Translations under genes and position numbers: made by a program | DNA from: Citrobacter phage phiNP | DNA length: 44,932 nucleotides | Strand: one strand, 5' to 3' | Sequence record: OR565852 | Notes under the pieces: generated by a model | What the model saw: the letters and a program-made list of their open reading frames with translations, nothing else | Databases searched by the model: none | What the model was told of the DNA's origin: nothing | Part shown: piece after piece, positions 17,223 to 26,245 of the stretch | How the letters are laid out: every line of letters begins with the position of its first letter | Numbering within the stretch: the first letter of the stretch is position 1

Positions 17223-18865
17223 TATTTTTCCTCCGGATCGGTAATCGTCTCACTGGCAAACGTATCTGCCTGCGCCCAGCTCGGCAGCGGAATGCCGCGT
17301 TCCCGACAGGCGTCGATCTCCCGCTTGCGCTGGTCCATGATCTCTTCCCAGTCTTCGCCCACGTTTTCGGCAACCTCCATTTCCAGGGTGGACATGCCGG
17401 CATCGAGCCCCAGAATGGCCCCTTTCTTCTCGGCAACCGGATCCACCCAGCCACGGCCCGGCCCCATCCAGCGGGCGCGGGTATACGCGGCGCGGGCCTC
17501 AATAAAGTCAGGCGCGCCAGCAGGCAGCGGTAAATCTTCGGTATCGTGCACCTCTTCAACAAATGCGCTCAGAATAGGTTGCGCAAATCCAACAGCGAAA
17601 TCGTCGCGGCGCCGGGTCAGGGTTTTCCAGGCTTCCAGCATGGCGGAGCGGGCCGAACTGTAGTTAACGTCTGACCAGTCCTGGGTAACCTGCTGGGTGG
17701 ACAACCCCGTTGCTGCGGCGATATTGCGCAGCGCAGCGGCCTCGAAAACCTCGAAATTACTGTGCGGGCGTGCAGCGTTAACCGTCGCGATTTTTTCCCC
17801 GGGATACAGAATGGGCATCCGGGCGCCGTTCTGCAGCGTCAGACGACGATCGCTGTGAAAGCCAATGCGTCCGTCCTGGTAAGCGCCCAGACTGGTATCA
17901 TCGTAGGATTCACCCATCGCCGCCTGGACCATCTCCGGATCGTAGGGAGACTCGATATAGGCGCCGAAAATGGAGTTAAGAATTGCGGCTTCCAGTTCTG
18001 ACTGGTCGTACTTAATCAGCATCTTCAGGCGCTGGACCACCGGGGTCAGAATGCCGTTGCCGCGGTGCTGGGCGCCCCGCTCATGGTCATAGTCATGGAC
18101 CACATGGGGACGCCCCCAGTAAGTTTCCCGCGGGATGCGCTCCCATGTCAGCGTTTTCTCTCCACTCCACCAGTCGCCGATATGGGCCTGCCTGATGTGG
18201 TAGGCCACCGGCGCCCCGTCATCATCCAGTTCGACGCCGCCGCGAATATGCGGCATATCGAAATTCTGCTGCGGGTTGCTCAGGCGGTCAGGATCCACAA
18301 TCTGAACCGTCGTGGCATACCGCCCGCGACCGGGGCCAAGCCGGTCCAGGCGATACTGCAGGACCGCCAGCGCATCACCATCCAGCAACTTATGACGAAA
18401 CCCCAGACGCAGCATCTGGGAAACGGTCTGCTTACGCTCAACATCGCAATAACGCCCGGGGTCATTCGCCCAGGTGCGCCAGTGCGCTTCGAGGACTTTT
18501 CCGTATTCATCGGCCCAGGTGGCATCGAACGCCTTGTTGCCGGTCATCAGCGCCAGCATCCGGTAATCCGGTTTCATGATGGGCCGGTAGTTCGCCCCAA
18601 CGGCATTATCCAGCACCCGGGTAATCGAGCCGCTGGCCCAACCATCGTTACGCGCCAGATCCCGCACCCGGGAAACGATACGATCCCGGTAGATATTGAT
18701 TTCGTTATCCGGCGACCACAGCGCGGGCTGCCAGTTCGCCAGTTGGTCGCTGAACGAATCCGCAGCGTCGTAGGGCACCCGGCTGCCACCGGTCAGCGCC
18801 GTGTATGAGGGGCGGGAGGGTGCCAGCGGGCGCCCGTCCACGCCCAGGATTTGCACTTTATTCAT
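17222..18865 (-). CDS. Portal protein (lambda gpB-like).
   Basis: A 547 aa protein between gpW and the protease. Confidence 0.75.
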   Translation of the reverse strand: MNKVQILGVDGRPLAPSRPSYTALTGGSRVPYDAADSFSDQLANWQPALWSPDNEINIYRDRIVSRVRDLARNDGWASGSITRVLDNAVGANYRPIMKPDYRMLALMTGNKAFDATWADEYGKVLEAHWRTWANDPGRYCDVERKQTVSQMLRLGFRHKLLDGDALAVLQYRLDRLGPGRGRYATTVQIVDPDRLSNPQQNFDMPHIRGGVELDDDGAPVAYHIRQAHIGDWWSGEKTLTWERIPRETYWGRPHVVHDYDHERGAQHRGNGILTPVVQRLKMLIKYDQSELEAAILNSIFGAYIESPYDPEMVQAAMGESYDDTSLGAYQDGRIGFHSDRRLTLQNGARMPILYPGEKIATVNAARPHSNFEVFEAAALRNIAAATGLSTQQVTQDWSDVNYSSARSAMLEAWKTLTRRRDDFAVGFAQPILSAFVEEVHDTEDLPLPAGAPDFIEARAAYTRARWMGPGRGWVDPVAEKKGAILGLDAGMSTLEMEVAENVGEDWEEIMDQRKREIDACRERGIPLPSWAQADTFASETITDPEEK

Positions 18866-19128
18866 CAGAAACGGAACCTCACCGGTCGGCGTGGCCGCGC
18901 CACAATTCCCAGCTGCGCCTGCAGCAACTGGATCAGCGCCAGCAGGTCAGCCAAGCTGCTTTGCTGGTAAGAAACAGAGCGCGTGCCGTCTCCCTGTGAA
19001 TAGGAGAACGAAACACCACGACTCCCGGTAGTGAGATCGATATACGCCTGCTGTGCCTTTGCCAGTGCCTCCTGGAGCTGCTCACGAGTCATTCCACCGG
19101 CAAGCAGGCTGGTGTTTCGGTTAAACAT
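18865..19128 (-). CDS. Head-tail joining / head completion protein (lambda gpW-like).
   Basis: An 87 aa protein between terminase large subunit and portal. …ALAKAQQAYIDLTTGSRGVSFS… parallels lambda W …AARAALHDLMTGKRVATVQ…. Confidence 0.6.
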   Translation of the reverse strand: MFNRNTSLLAGGMTREQLQEALAKAQQAYIDLTTGSRGVSFSYSQGDGTRSVSYQQSSLADLLALIQLLQAQLGIVARPRRPVRFRF

Positions 19129-19136
19129 GATGGTCC

Positions 19137-21116
19137 TTACTGAGGTAGTAACTGTGATAACCGTCGGCGCTTCGGCGCCGCTGGCTCTTCGATGATGACG
19201 CCCGGCAGCCGGTAATCCGGTTTCGGCTGTGGATCCGGCTCTGCGGCAATCAGTCGTTCCGGGTTAGCGGCGATACTGTCGGCCTTCGCATTCAGCTTCA
19301 GCCCCATATGCAGCAAACCGCAGAGCGCGGCATAGCCGTAAACACGGCAGTCCAGCGCCTCGTTAGCCCTGCCTGCCAGTTGCTCCCAGACGCGATAGGT
19401 CTGGCCGCCGGAGTGTTTTACAACAGAGCGTTCGGCCAGTAGCTGCCCGAAATAATGCAAATCCCGGTCAGCCGGAAAATGCATATACGCCGATTTCGAC
19501 TCCCCGGCCTCCGGCGGCTCAATATGCAGTCGGTTGCGGATAGTATCCTTTGCTGAATTGACGCCAATAATGATTGGTCGGAACGTCGCCTTACTGCGCG
19601 ATGAGGGGCGCTTGGTCGGCCAGACGGGTGACCGCTTTCCGCCCCTGGCGGACTCCCCTTTTACCGCCCAGATACGGCGTCCCAGTCGCTCTTTGGCAAA
19701 CTCGTAAACCTTCTGGGTATGGTGGCCTCCGGAATCGTGGCAGGCGGCCATGATGGTGAATCCCCGGCCATCAGCCCGGCGCCATACCTGCTTCAGGTAC
19801 GCGTCCAGGCGCTGCCAGGGCTCTTCGGTTTCCAGGTCACCCTCGATCACGTCATAGGCAATGGACCAGGACTCTTCGTTACGTCCCCATCCGATGACCT
19901 CGATTTCAAAGCGATCGTCCTGGGTATCAATCCCAGCCGTCAGAACCGCCACGCCATCCGGCACCTCGGCGGCGTAAACCTCACAGCGCTCAGCCAGCCG
20001 TTTTTCACTCAGCGCCTTCTCCCCCCTGTCCTCATAGGGCTCCCCGAGGGTGGTGTTAATGAAGGTCTGGCGCTGCAGGGGATCGTCTTTTACCTTCAGC
20101 CACTCCGCGACCAGATATTTCCATGCCGCATTAGGGAACAGGCTGTATCCGGTCCAGATATGGAATCCCGCATGGCCGCTAAATGGCCGGGTCGCGCGCC
20201 ATTCACCATTTTTCACCATCCATGCTTTATCGCTGTGCTGAATCACACAGCCGTTGTGCCGACAGACGTAATAAGCGGATTCAGGAATGCCGTTGCCGTC
20301 CTTATCCTTTTCCCACTTGATACCGTAAGACGTATCCGGGCCGCCCCACTCCAGAACCTGATATTCGCCGCAGTGTGGACAGGGAACAAAATAGCGACGC
20401 TGATCGCTCTCCAGATACGCTTTCTCGATGCGACTGATGCCTTTCACCGTCGGTGTCGAGCCCAGCGCTATTTTTCGGTTCCAGAACGTTTCCGAGCGCT
20501 TGATCCCCAGCGCTATCTGGTCGCCTTCCGCACCAGCGCCACCTGCGGGGTACCCGTCCACCTCATCAAACAGGATGATGCGGCAGGTGATACGACGGAA
20601 ACCACCAGGACTGTTCGCCCCCACCATGGTCAGGTTAGCACCATTAGTGAACGTCTTTTTGAGGATGGTCTGATTACTGTCCTTCGCTTTGGGACTACCG
20701 CAAATGTCAGCCAGAACGGGGGTATCGCGCAGCATCGGCGATATTTCGGTTTTACTGTAATCCTCGGCATCCTCAACACGGGGCTGCACCACCAGGATCG
20801 GTGACGGGTCATGTGAGAGAAAATAGCCCACTACGTGGTCGAGGATCTTGGTATAGCCGACACGGGCCGATTTCATCACACTAATCTGGACAACAGCAGG
20901 ATCCGTAATGGCATCCATGATGCCGTCCTGGTACGCAAAGGAGCGAAATTTACCCGTCTGGGCGCTGGTTTCCTTGGACAGCACCGCATATTTATTGGCC
21001 CATTCGCTCAGCGATAGAGGTTCCGGCGGGCGAACGTCTGCACGGGCCTGGACCAGCGAGGCGCGGAAGCGGCGCCAGGCGTTATTGCTGATCCCCCCCT
21101 CTGCTGTCTGTGTCAC
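19137..21116 (-). CDS. Terminase large subunit (lambda gpA-like).
   Basis: A 659 aa protein immediately downstream of and overlapping the small-subunit gene. Confidence 0.8.
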   Translation of the reverse strand: MTQTAEGGISNNAWRRFRASLVQARADVRPPEPLSLSEWANKYAVLSKETSAQTGKFRSFAYQDGIMDAITDPAVVQISVMKSARVGYTKILDHVVGYFLSHDPSPILVVQPRVEDAEDYSKTEISPMLRDTPVLADICGSPKAKDSNQTILKKTFTNGANLTMVGANSPGGFRRITCRIILFDEVDGYPAGGAGAEGDQIALGIKRSETFWNRKIALGSTPTVKGISRIEKAYLESDQRRYFVPCPHCGEYQVLEWGGPDTSYGIKWEKDKDGNGIPESAYYVCRHNGCVIQHSDKAWMVKNGEWRATRPFSGHAGFHIWTGYSLFPNAAWKYLVAEWLKVKDDPLQRQTFINTTLGEPYEDRGEKALSEKRLAERCEVYAAEVPDGVAVLTAGIDTQDDRFEIEVIGWGRNEESWSIAYDVIEGDLETEEPWQRLDAYLKQVWRRADGRGFTIMAACHDSGGHHTQKVYEFAKERLGRRIWAVKGESARGGKRSPVWPTKRPSSRSKATFRPIIIGVNSAKDTIRNRLHIEPPEAGESKSAYMHFPADRDLHYFGQLLAERSVVKHSGGQTYRVWEQLAGRANEALDCRVYGYAALCGLLHMGLKLNAKADSIAANPERLIAAEPDPQPKPDYRLPGVIIEEPAAPKRRRLSQLLPQ

Positions 21117-21687
21117 TGCTCAACTCCTCCATAGCCTCATACACCACTTCCTGAAGCGCCTGGACGAATTCAGCATCGCTGACAGTCGGGGCCAGCACAC
21201 GCAGCCGGGGGCCATGTTCCGGGGCGATAGCCACCAGGCGGGTACGCATCCGGGAATATTCTTTCCTGACCTCAGAGATCATTTCTTCGAATGGCAACAG
21301 TGCGCCGGATTTTGTGTCATATTCCAGCTGCGTCAGCAGCGCCAGGTAGTTCTCCTTCATCTGACGGGCTTCATCCAGCGTCATTTCAGCACCACGGGCA
21401 ACCAGGATCCGCTCTGCCACTTTACTGGCCGACTCCGGTCGTTCCGGCGTCGCGGTGTTACCCTGGCTGTTACTCCTGGTGGTGTTACCCTTCCTGTTAC
21501 CCTGGCTGTTACCTTCCGCATTTTTTTTACCCGGGCGACTCACCGTTTTCCGGTAGCGTTCAATGTTCGCGTTGGACGCGTCCACATCGATATCTTCACC
21601 ATCCAGAACCAGCCAGCCCCGGGCTTTCCACTGGGTGACCGTCTTCCGGCTGACGCCGTGCAACCTGGCGAATTCTGACTGGTTCAT
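21082..21687 (-). CDS. Terminase small subunit (lambda Nu1-like) with an N-terminal HTH.
   Basis: N-terminus MNQSEFARLHGVSRKTVTQWKARGWL… parallels the Nu1 HTH. The gene overlaps the large-subunit start. There is an internal NSQGN(R/T) repeat. Confidence 0.7.
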   Translation of the reverse strand: MNQSEFARLHGVSRKTVTQWKARGWLVLDGEDIDVDASNANIERYRKTVSRPGKKNAEGNSQGNRKGNTTRSNSQGNTATPERPESASKVAERILVARGAEMTLDEARQMKENYLALLTQLEYDTKSGALLPFEEMISEVRKEYSRMRTRLVAIAPEHGPRLRVLAPTVSDAEFVQALQEVVYEAMEELSSDTDSRGGDQQ

Positions 21688-21857
21688 GTGTTACCCCGGC
21701 TGTTACCTGTTACCCAAATTTCAAAAGTTCATAGCTAGCCGAACATCGCGGCGCGCAATGCCCGTGTGATATCAGCCAGTTAGGAAGGACCCATTTTTTT
21801 CTGAGCCGTCCTCCCCGGGGGATATCGTCGATTTTCCCGATTTGAAAAATATGCGGA
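21688..21857 (-). other. Probable cos region (cosB/cosN) upstream of the Nu1-like gene, containing TGTTACC(C) direct repeats.
   Basis: GTGTTACCCCGGCTGTTACCTGTTACCC lies immediately 5' of the Nu1 start, and the same motif recurs inside the 5' part of the gene (21440-21520). The position matches lambda cosB. Confidence 0.35.
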
Positions 21858-22562
21858 CTACTTCGCGGTGCGGAGAGCCTCCGCTATTGCCTGACTCAGT
21901 GCACCAGGTAGCAGCGCTTCCGCCATCTGGTTCGCTCTGTCCATGTATCCCAGTACTGGGCTGACAGGAAGCGCATCACCAAAGCGAATAAGGAGTTTCG
22001 GGGCTGGCTGCTTCATCCTGTCGCGGCGCATGCCGTTCGGAGAGCGTTTAGCCCGCTTTTTCCTCTTGCTCTTCTTTGGCTTCCTGCGCTGCCATACACC
22101 GTTAACACCGTTGACGTCACCGATGAAGGTATTCGGCTTTGCCTTTAGCTGGCTCATCTTGTTACGGGTCAGGTTGCCGTATTTGTTCAGCTTGATGTTC
22201 TTGGGGTTCAGCAGTGCTTTGCCGTTCAGCTTATGCTCTCCACCAAATTCGAAAGGCTCCAGGTATCCGGCTGCCGTATCGCGAACAAACACCCGGGCGC
22301 GCAGGTTGCTCTTTCTTGCCCCCACTGAGCCAACCGACTTAACGGTGAATGGTGTCGGATTATCCAGCCTGCGCTGGAATGCCGTCTTCTGCGCAGCCTC
22401 TATCTGTCGAACGACAGACGTCATAGCCTGGGCCGTGGCGAAAGGAATCTGCTTTTTTATCGCCTGCAGCTGGCGTGACAGGTCACGTAAATCAGCCATT
22501 GGACACCCCTTATAGTGCTGGTACCCATGGTAAATTACTGGTCCACGGTTTCGGGTTTCCAT
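21858..22562 (-). CDS. Hypothetical basic protein (about 213-234 aa) upstream of cos.
   Basis: Long ORF with a K/R-rich C-terminal region (RRKPKKSKRKKRAKRSP). It probably starts at the second Met, MADLRDL…. No family could be assigned by eye. Confidence 0.4.
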   Translation of the reverse strand: METRNRGPVIYHGYQHYKGCPMADLRDLSRQLQAIKKQIPFATAQAMTSVVRQIEAAQKTAFQRRLDNPTPFTVKSVGSVGARKSNLRARVFVRDTAAGYLEPFEFGGEHKLNGKALLNPKNIKLNKYGNLTRNKMSQLKAKPNTFIGDVNGVNGVWQRRKPKKSKRKKRAKRSPNGMRRDRMKQPAPKLLIRFGDALPVSPVLGYMDRANQMAEALLPGALSQAIAEALRTAK

Positions 22563-23175
22563 GAAAGCAGACTATTCGTGCATCGGGCGGCAACGTTCCA
22601 TTGCCTTCAGACCTTAATGAGTGCCATCCTGGCATTCCGGCGCACGCGATGTGCTGCTTATAGCTGACTATCTGGCCGGGATACTCGTTCTGCCAGATAA
22701 TCCGGGGCTGAAACACATCATCGAGAAAACCCTGGTCACCCCATTTCTTCCCAGGCTGCGTACACTCCTGCATGATGCGCACCGGCGCTTCCATGAACTG
22801 TTCCCATATCGACGCTTTATTTCCATGCGGTATTCGCATCACGGCAGATCCCACCGTTGAGGGATGATAGAAATCAGCCAGAATTCCCATGCGCTGCTCT
22901 GCCAGCAATTCCGTAATATCACCGGTAATAACCGTATCGAGATCAAGAAAGAAGATGTCGCTATCACACTGAGCCGGATCGAACAATTCGATCTTGCTCC
23001 ACCAGCCCGGCCAGCTCTGCTTCAGGGGAATAGTACGAACTCCCCGGATAGCCCTGTCGGAGAAGCACACAAAGTCATATCCACCAGGTAGCTGCCGTTT
23101 CAGCCATTTCACATGCTCTGGTGCATATGCGCCACCGCTGCGTAAAACCGTTGCGATTACGGGCTTATCTCTCAT
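22510..23175 (-). CDS. Putative nucleotide-sugar glycosyltransferase (GT-A-like, DXD motif).
   Basis: …DIFFLDLDTVITGDI… is a DXD motif in a hydrophobic context typical of GT-A enzymes. It sits in a three-gene cargo block. Confidence 0.4.
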   Translation of the reverse strand: MRDKPVIATVLRSGGAYAPEHVKWLKRQLPGGYDFVCFSDRAIRGVRTIPLKQSWPGWWSKIELFDPAQCDSDIFFLDLDTVITGDITELLAEQRMGILADFYHPSTVGSAVMRIPHGNKASIWEQFMEAPVRIMQECTQPGKKWGDQGFLDDVFQPRIIWQNEYPGQIVSYKQHIACAGMPGWHSLRSEGNGTLPPDARIVCFHGNPKPWTSNLPWVPAL

Positions 23176-23785
23176 CAGTCATATCCATCCATTCGGCAAG
23201 TGTCATTTGAGGTACGGAAGCTAGCTTTCCCAGAGAAACCACATTAATCTGAGGCCGGGCTGACGCGAAAAGTAACGGCAAATGAGACAAGTCTCGGCAC
23301 CAGCCGCCCTCCACACGCTCTTCGTCAGTCGCATCAACCCCCACCAGAGCTACATCGATAAATCCCAGGTGGTACGCCAGACCCAGCGCGCCGTAGGCAC
23401 TGTTACCAGAATGAATTTCGCCAGGGCTATTGCTCAGGCCGGGAGTACACGACCAGCGCCATAACCACCAGCCAGGTGATCCAACCGTTGCCGGTTCAGC
23501 GCCACGCGATGAGATTCGCCTCATCCTGATAACATGCGGCGGTAGCCCGATATCATCCGGAACAGCCGCCACATAGCAGATGTTCGGGCGCGGATTAGCC
23601 AGCCGGCTCATATTTTCCGGACTGGGATCCAGCGTGAAAAAATAATCGGTGCTCGGTAGCCAGTCGATAGCTCCATTCACCGCAATAATTGTCACCCCGT
23701 CCGGTGGACTGAACTCCGCCGCACTGGGACCGGATGCGACGATAATCGCTCTATTGCTGTTTCCAGCCTTTCGCGTTGAAAGCAT
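23165..23785 (-). CDS. GT42/DUF115 (Cst-II / Maf-like) putative glycosyl- or nonulosonate transferase, paralogue 1.
   Basis: N-terminal …NRAIIVASGPSAAEF…VTIIAVNGAIDW… resembles the Cst-II/MAF signature VIIAGNGPSL…DVFRCNQF. A downstream …ALVGVDATD… resembles …YLSGIDFY…. Confidence 0.45.
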   Translation of the reverse strand: MLSTRKAGNSNRAIIVASGPSAAEFSPPDGVTIIAVNGAIDWLPSTDYFFTLDPSPENMSRLANPRPNICYVAAVPDDIGLPPHVIRMRRISSRGAEPATVGSPGWWLWRWSCTPGLSNSPGEIHSGNSAYGALGLAYHLGFIDVALVGVDATDEERVEGGWCRDLSHLPLLFASARPQINVVSLGKLASVPQMTLAEWMDMTDER

Positions 23786-24294
23786 TTCAGAGAGGTATCC
23801 CGTGAACAGTTAACAATTTCCACCCCAGAGCAGGCCGCGGCCAGGCGGGAAAATTCACCCTGCCAGGCGATAACGCTTTCATGTGTCGGGTTTCGTAGTC
23901 GTCCGGCGGCATGGGCCCCATGCCAGTGAATCCCGCGCTTCAGTGAGCAGTCATAGCCCAACAGCAGAATCCGGCTGGCGCCCAGGGTGGCGGCTAACTC
24001 AATGGCTCGCTGCCCTGAGTTAAACGATCCCGGTATTGCTGTTTGCAGGTAGCTAATGCCGAAATGAATGGCGGTGTAACGGCTGCCACACCAGCGCGCC
24101 GCCGTTACAGGAATTTTGCTGGCGTGCTCCCGCCACCATGCAAAATCAGCCGCATAGATTGCCGAGCAGAACGGCGCCACACGCCATGAATCATTAACGG
24201 CAATAATGGGGATTTCAGCCTCATAGAGCAGCTGACAATCGGCAAGCGTCAGGGATGGCCCCGACGCTGCACAAGCGATGACGGAGTTTTTCAC
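23692..24294 (-). CDS. GT42/DUF115-like putative transferase, paralogue 2.
   Basis: …NSVIACAASGPSLTLAD…IPIIAVNDSW… and …ILLLGYDCS… place the same motifs at the same positions as in paralogue 1. Its 3' end overlaps paralogue 1 by 94 nt. Confidence 0.45.
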   Translation of the reverse strand: MKNSVIACAASGPSLTLADCQLLYEAEIPIIAVNDSWRVAPFCSAIYAADFAWWREHASKIPVTAARWCGSRYTAIHFGISYLQTAIPGSFNSGQRAIELAATLGASRILLLGYDCSLKRGIHWHGAHAAGRLRNPTHESVIAWQGEFSRLAAACSGVEIVNCSRDTSLKCFQRERLETAIERLSSHPVPVRRSSVHRTG

Positions 24295-24604
24295 TGTGTA
24301 TCCAAAATATATTCCGGGGAAAGTTGAAACTGGATGCTATCTGAAACAGATCGTTTATGCTGAGTTACCCCGGAAATAAGCCGGGTATTCAGAAGAAAAT
24401 AAAAAGCACTGTCGACGAGCCTCCGAAGAAGCCCGCCTGCACTGCCCGTTATGGTGTTACTCCAGATTATCCCTGGTTATCATAAGGGTTCAGCCCGCCC
24501 ATGCCGACACATGGGCGCACACAGCAACAAGGGGGATGGCTGCTGTAATGCCCTGTTCGCTGGGCCAGCGTCGGTTGCCACCCGATCTACGGCAGTGAAT
24601 TCAT

Positions 24605-24856
24605 TTAGCCCAGCTTTGCACGCACCAGCGCATCTTTCGCTTCAAGAAGTTTACGCAAACCAGCCGACTTCTCCGGGCCATTCGGCAGCATTGCATCCAT
24701 CAGCTTAGCCAGATCACCGATAGGCTTACTGACTTCCTGTAAATGCGGAGGTAAGTGCTCATACTCAAAATACTTAATGATCGGCGTGATGATAGTTGCC
24801 ATCGATAACCTCTGTTTGATTGTTGGATGCTCTAACTGAGTCATAAATACGTTCAC
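24605..24856 (-). CDS. Hypothetical protein (83 aa) downstream of Rz/Rz1.
   Basis: ORF at the end of the lysis cassette with no recognisable motif. Confidence 0.3.
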   Translation of the reverse strand: MNVFMTQLEHPTIKQRLSMATIITPIIKYFEYEHLPPHLQEVSKPIGDLAKLMDAMLPNGPEKSAGLRKLLEAKDALVRAKLG

Positions 24857-25328
24857 ACGTCATTCCAGCGCGGTAGCTTTTGTCAGATCGTCCAGCATAG
24901 TATTTAGCTTCATCTGCAAGGCGTCCGAGCATGTCGGCGAGCATCGCGGCGTTGGCGCTGGCTGTTTTGCTTCGGACGGTAGCGGCAAGATCTGCGGTGT
25001 GCTTTGCGGCGTCCAGGCGGGTGGCAAGTTTTTTAGCTTGTTGCTGCAGCTGGCTAACAGTGGCAGACAAACCAGCAGCAGTGGCAGCAGCTTTTGCGGC
25101 TTGCGTTTGTGCATCTTTCACGGCCTCATCACGGGCAATAATGCGCCCTTGCTCAATCATTCGGGCAGCAGTCTGCGCGTTAGCAGCCTGTGAGGACTCT
25201 GCGCTGTCACGATCCGCCCATTTTATTCGCCAGGCCCGGTCGCGCCAGCTATCTCCCGTAACAAACGCAATGACCACCAGCAGTATGATCGCCAGAGGCT
25301 TCCAGAATGTCTTCAGCAGAGAGAACAT
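24774..25328 (-). CDS. i-spanin (Rz-like).
   Basis: It has an N-terminal TM helix (LLKTFWKPLAIILLVVIAFV) followed by an A/Q-rich periplasmic coiled coil. It lies downstream of the endolysin gene. Confidence 0.7.
   Translation of the reverse strand: MFSLLKTFWKPLAIILLVVIAFVTGDSWRDRAWRIKWADRDSAESSQAANAQTAARMIEQGRIIARDEAVKDAQTQAAKAAATAAGLSATVSQLQQQAKKLATRLDAAKHTADLAATVRSKTASANAAMLADMLGRLADEAKYYAGRSDKSYRAGMTCERIYDSVRASNNQTEVIDGNYHHADH
24860..25114 (-). CDS. o-spanin (Rz1-like lipoprotein) fully embedded in the +1 frame of the Rz gene.
   Basis: It carries a signal peptide with lipobox LLASC (MHKRKPQKLLPLLLVCLPLLASCSN) and a Pro-rich mature region. The embedded architecture is the classic one. Confidence 0.65.
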   Translation of the reverse strand: MHKRKPQKLLPLLLVCLPLLASCSNKLKNLPPAWTPQSTPQILPLPSEAKQPAPTPRCSPTCSDALQMKLNTMLDDLTKATALE

Positions 25329-25331
25329 CTG

Positions 25332-25739
25332 TCACCCCGCCAGATCGATAGCCTTAACGAAAACATCAAATCTGTATGGCTGGTCCCCGTTCTCATGCTG
25401 AATGATGGCCTGCAACAGCTTCATCATGAATCGGCTGTCGCTGGTATCAATACGCTGGTCGGGATCAACGCCCGTCGCTTTCGCTACGCTGTTGATATAG
25501 GACTGCGTGTCGTTCTCATTGGTCGGTGCCCAGCGGTTTATGATCCCGCTGATGGTGCTGAGCCCATGTTTACGCTGGTAGTTGCGCAAAATGATGATCA
25601 TCGCCCGAATGCCATACTCCGCCGATTTGAACTGACAGAATGATTTATCAGTGCGCTGAGTTTCTGGCACCAGCCCCTTCCACTCGTCACCCCAGCGAAT
25701 ATTGCCGGGGTTGTTATTGCGGATCCCGCGTGCTGTCAT
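25332..25739 (-). CDS. Putative endolysin (135 aa), assigned by position between holin and spanins.
   Basis: Synteny is holin → this gene → Rz/Rz1. The N-terminus has an NNNPGNIRW motif. The family could not be assigned by eye. Confidence 0.4.
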   Translation of the reverse strand: MTARGIRNNNPGNIRWGDEWKGLVPETQRTDKSFCQFKSAEYGIRAMIIILRNYQRKHGLSTISGIINRWAPTNENDTQSYINSVAKATGVDPDQRIDTSDSRFMMKLLQAIIQHENGDQPYRFDVFVKAIDLAG

Positions 25740-26068
25740 TTATTGCTCTCCCTTGTGTTGATGCCGGCTCTCCTGGAGACAACAGCCAGCGCCATATCGC
25801 GGAGGCGATCAGCACCAACGAAGCCCACCAGCGCACCCACAAACGCGCCGGAATTAGCAGGGAGGCCGAAGTATTCAAGTAATGCTGAAATGGCCAGGGC
25901 GAAAATACCGCAGATCAGCGCTCCCGTTGCCGTGTACAGCTTCGGCTTTCCTGCCCTGATGTCGATCAGCGCTGAAATGCCCAGGGCGCACAGACCTGCG
26001 TATACCGAAGGGAGGTACATCGCGATCCATTTCATAGTTTGCTCAAAAATCCCGTTTGCATGGTTCAT
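25736..26068 (-). CDS. Holin (class I-like, 2-3 TM segments). A possible dual start exists at M1/M12.
   Basis: Hydrophobic segments IAMYLPSVYAGLCALGISALI and LICGIFALAISALLEYF are followed by a charged C-terminus. The gene overlaps the endolysin start. Confidence 0.6.
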   Translation of the reverse strand: MNHANGIFEQTMKWIAMYLPSVYAGLCALGISALIDIRAGKPKLYTATGALICGIFALAISALLEYFGLPANSGAFVGALVGFVGADRLRDMALAVVSRRAGINTRESNK

Positions 26069-26245
26069 GAATCCACCTCCGAAGTGATGTTCGAGGTGCT
26101 GTGTTGGGGGAAATTCAGGCTTCAGGGTGGTGGCGCTACATGGCTATATAGAGGATGAAACCCTGAGCCTGAAAGAGATGACCACCACAGCATGACAAAC
26201 GTGGTGAGCCGATTGATGACGCTTTCGGCTCATTGAGTGAGCCGT

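Noticed and set aside
19719-20804. A 361 aa plus-strand ORF inside the terminase large-subunit gene, plus similar long antisense ORFs inside the portal (18065-18808), capsid and baseplate genes.
   Set aside because: These are typical shadow ORFs of GC-rich genes. The sense-strand products have clear lambda-like homology and these do not.
21437-21520. Possible CRISPR-like or minisatellite array (GTTACC repeats).
   Set aside because: The repeats are in frame inside the Nu1-like gene and encode a peptide repeat. There are no spacers of uniform length and no cas genes. This is not a CRISPR array.
23692-23785. The 94-nt overlap between the two GT42/DUF115-like paralogues, considered as evidence of a frameshifted single gene.
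   Set aside because: Each ORF has its own complete N-terminal SGPS…IIAVN signature and a similar length (~200 aa). They are two full paralogues rather than one broken gene, although an over-called upstream stop or start cannot be excluded.
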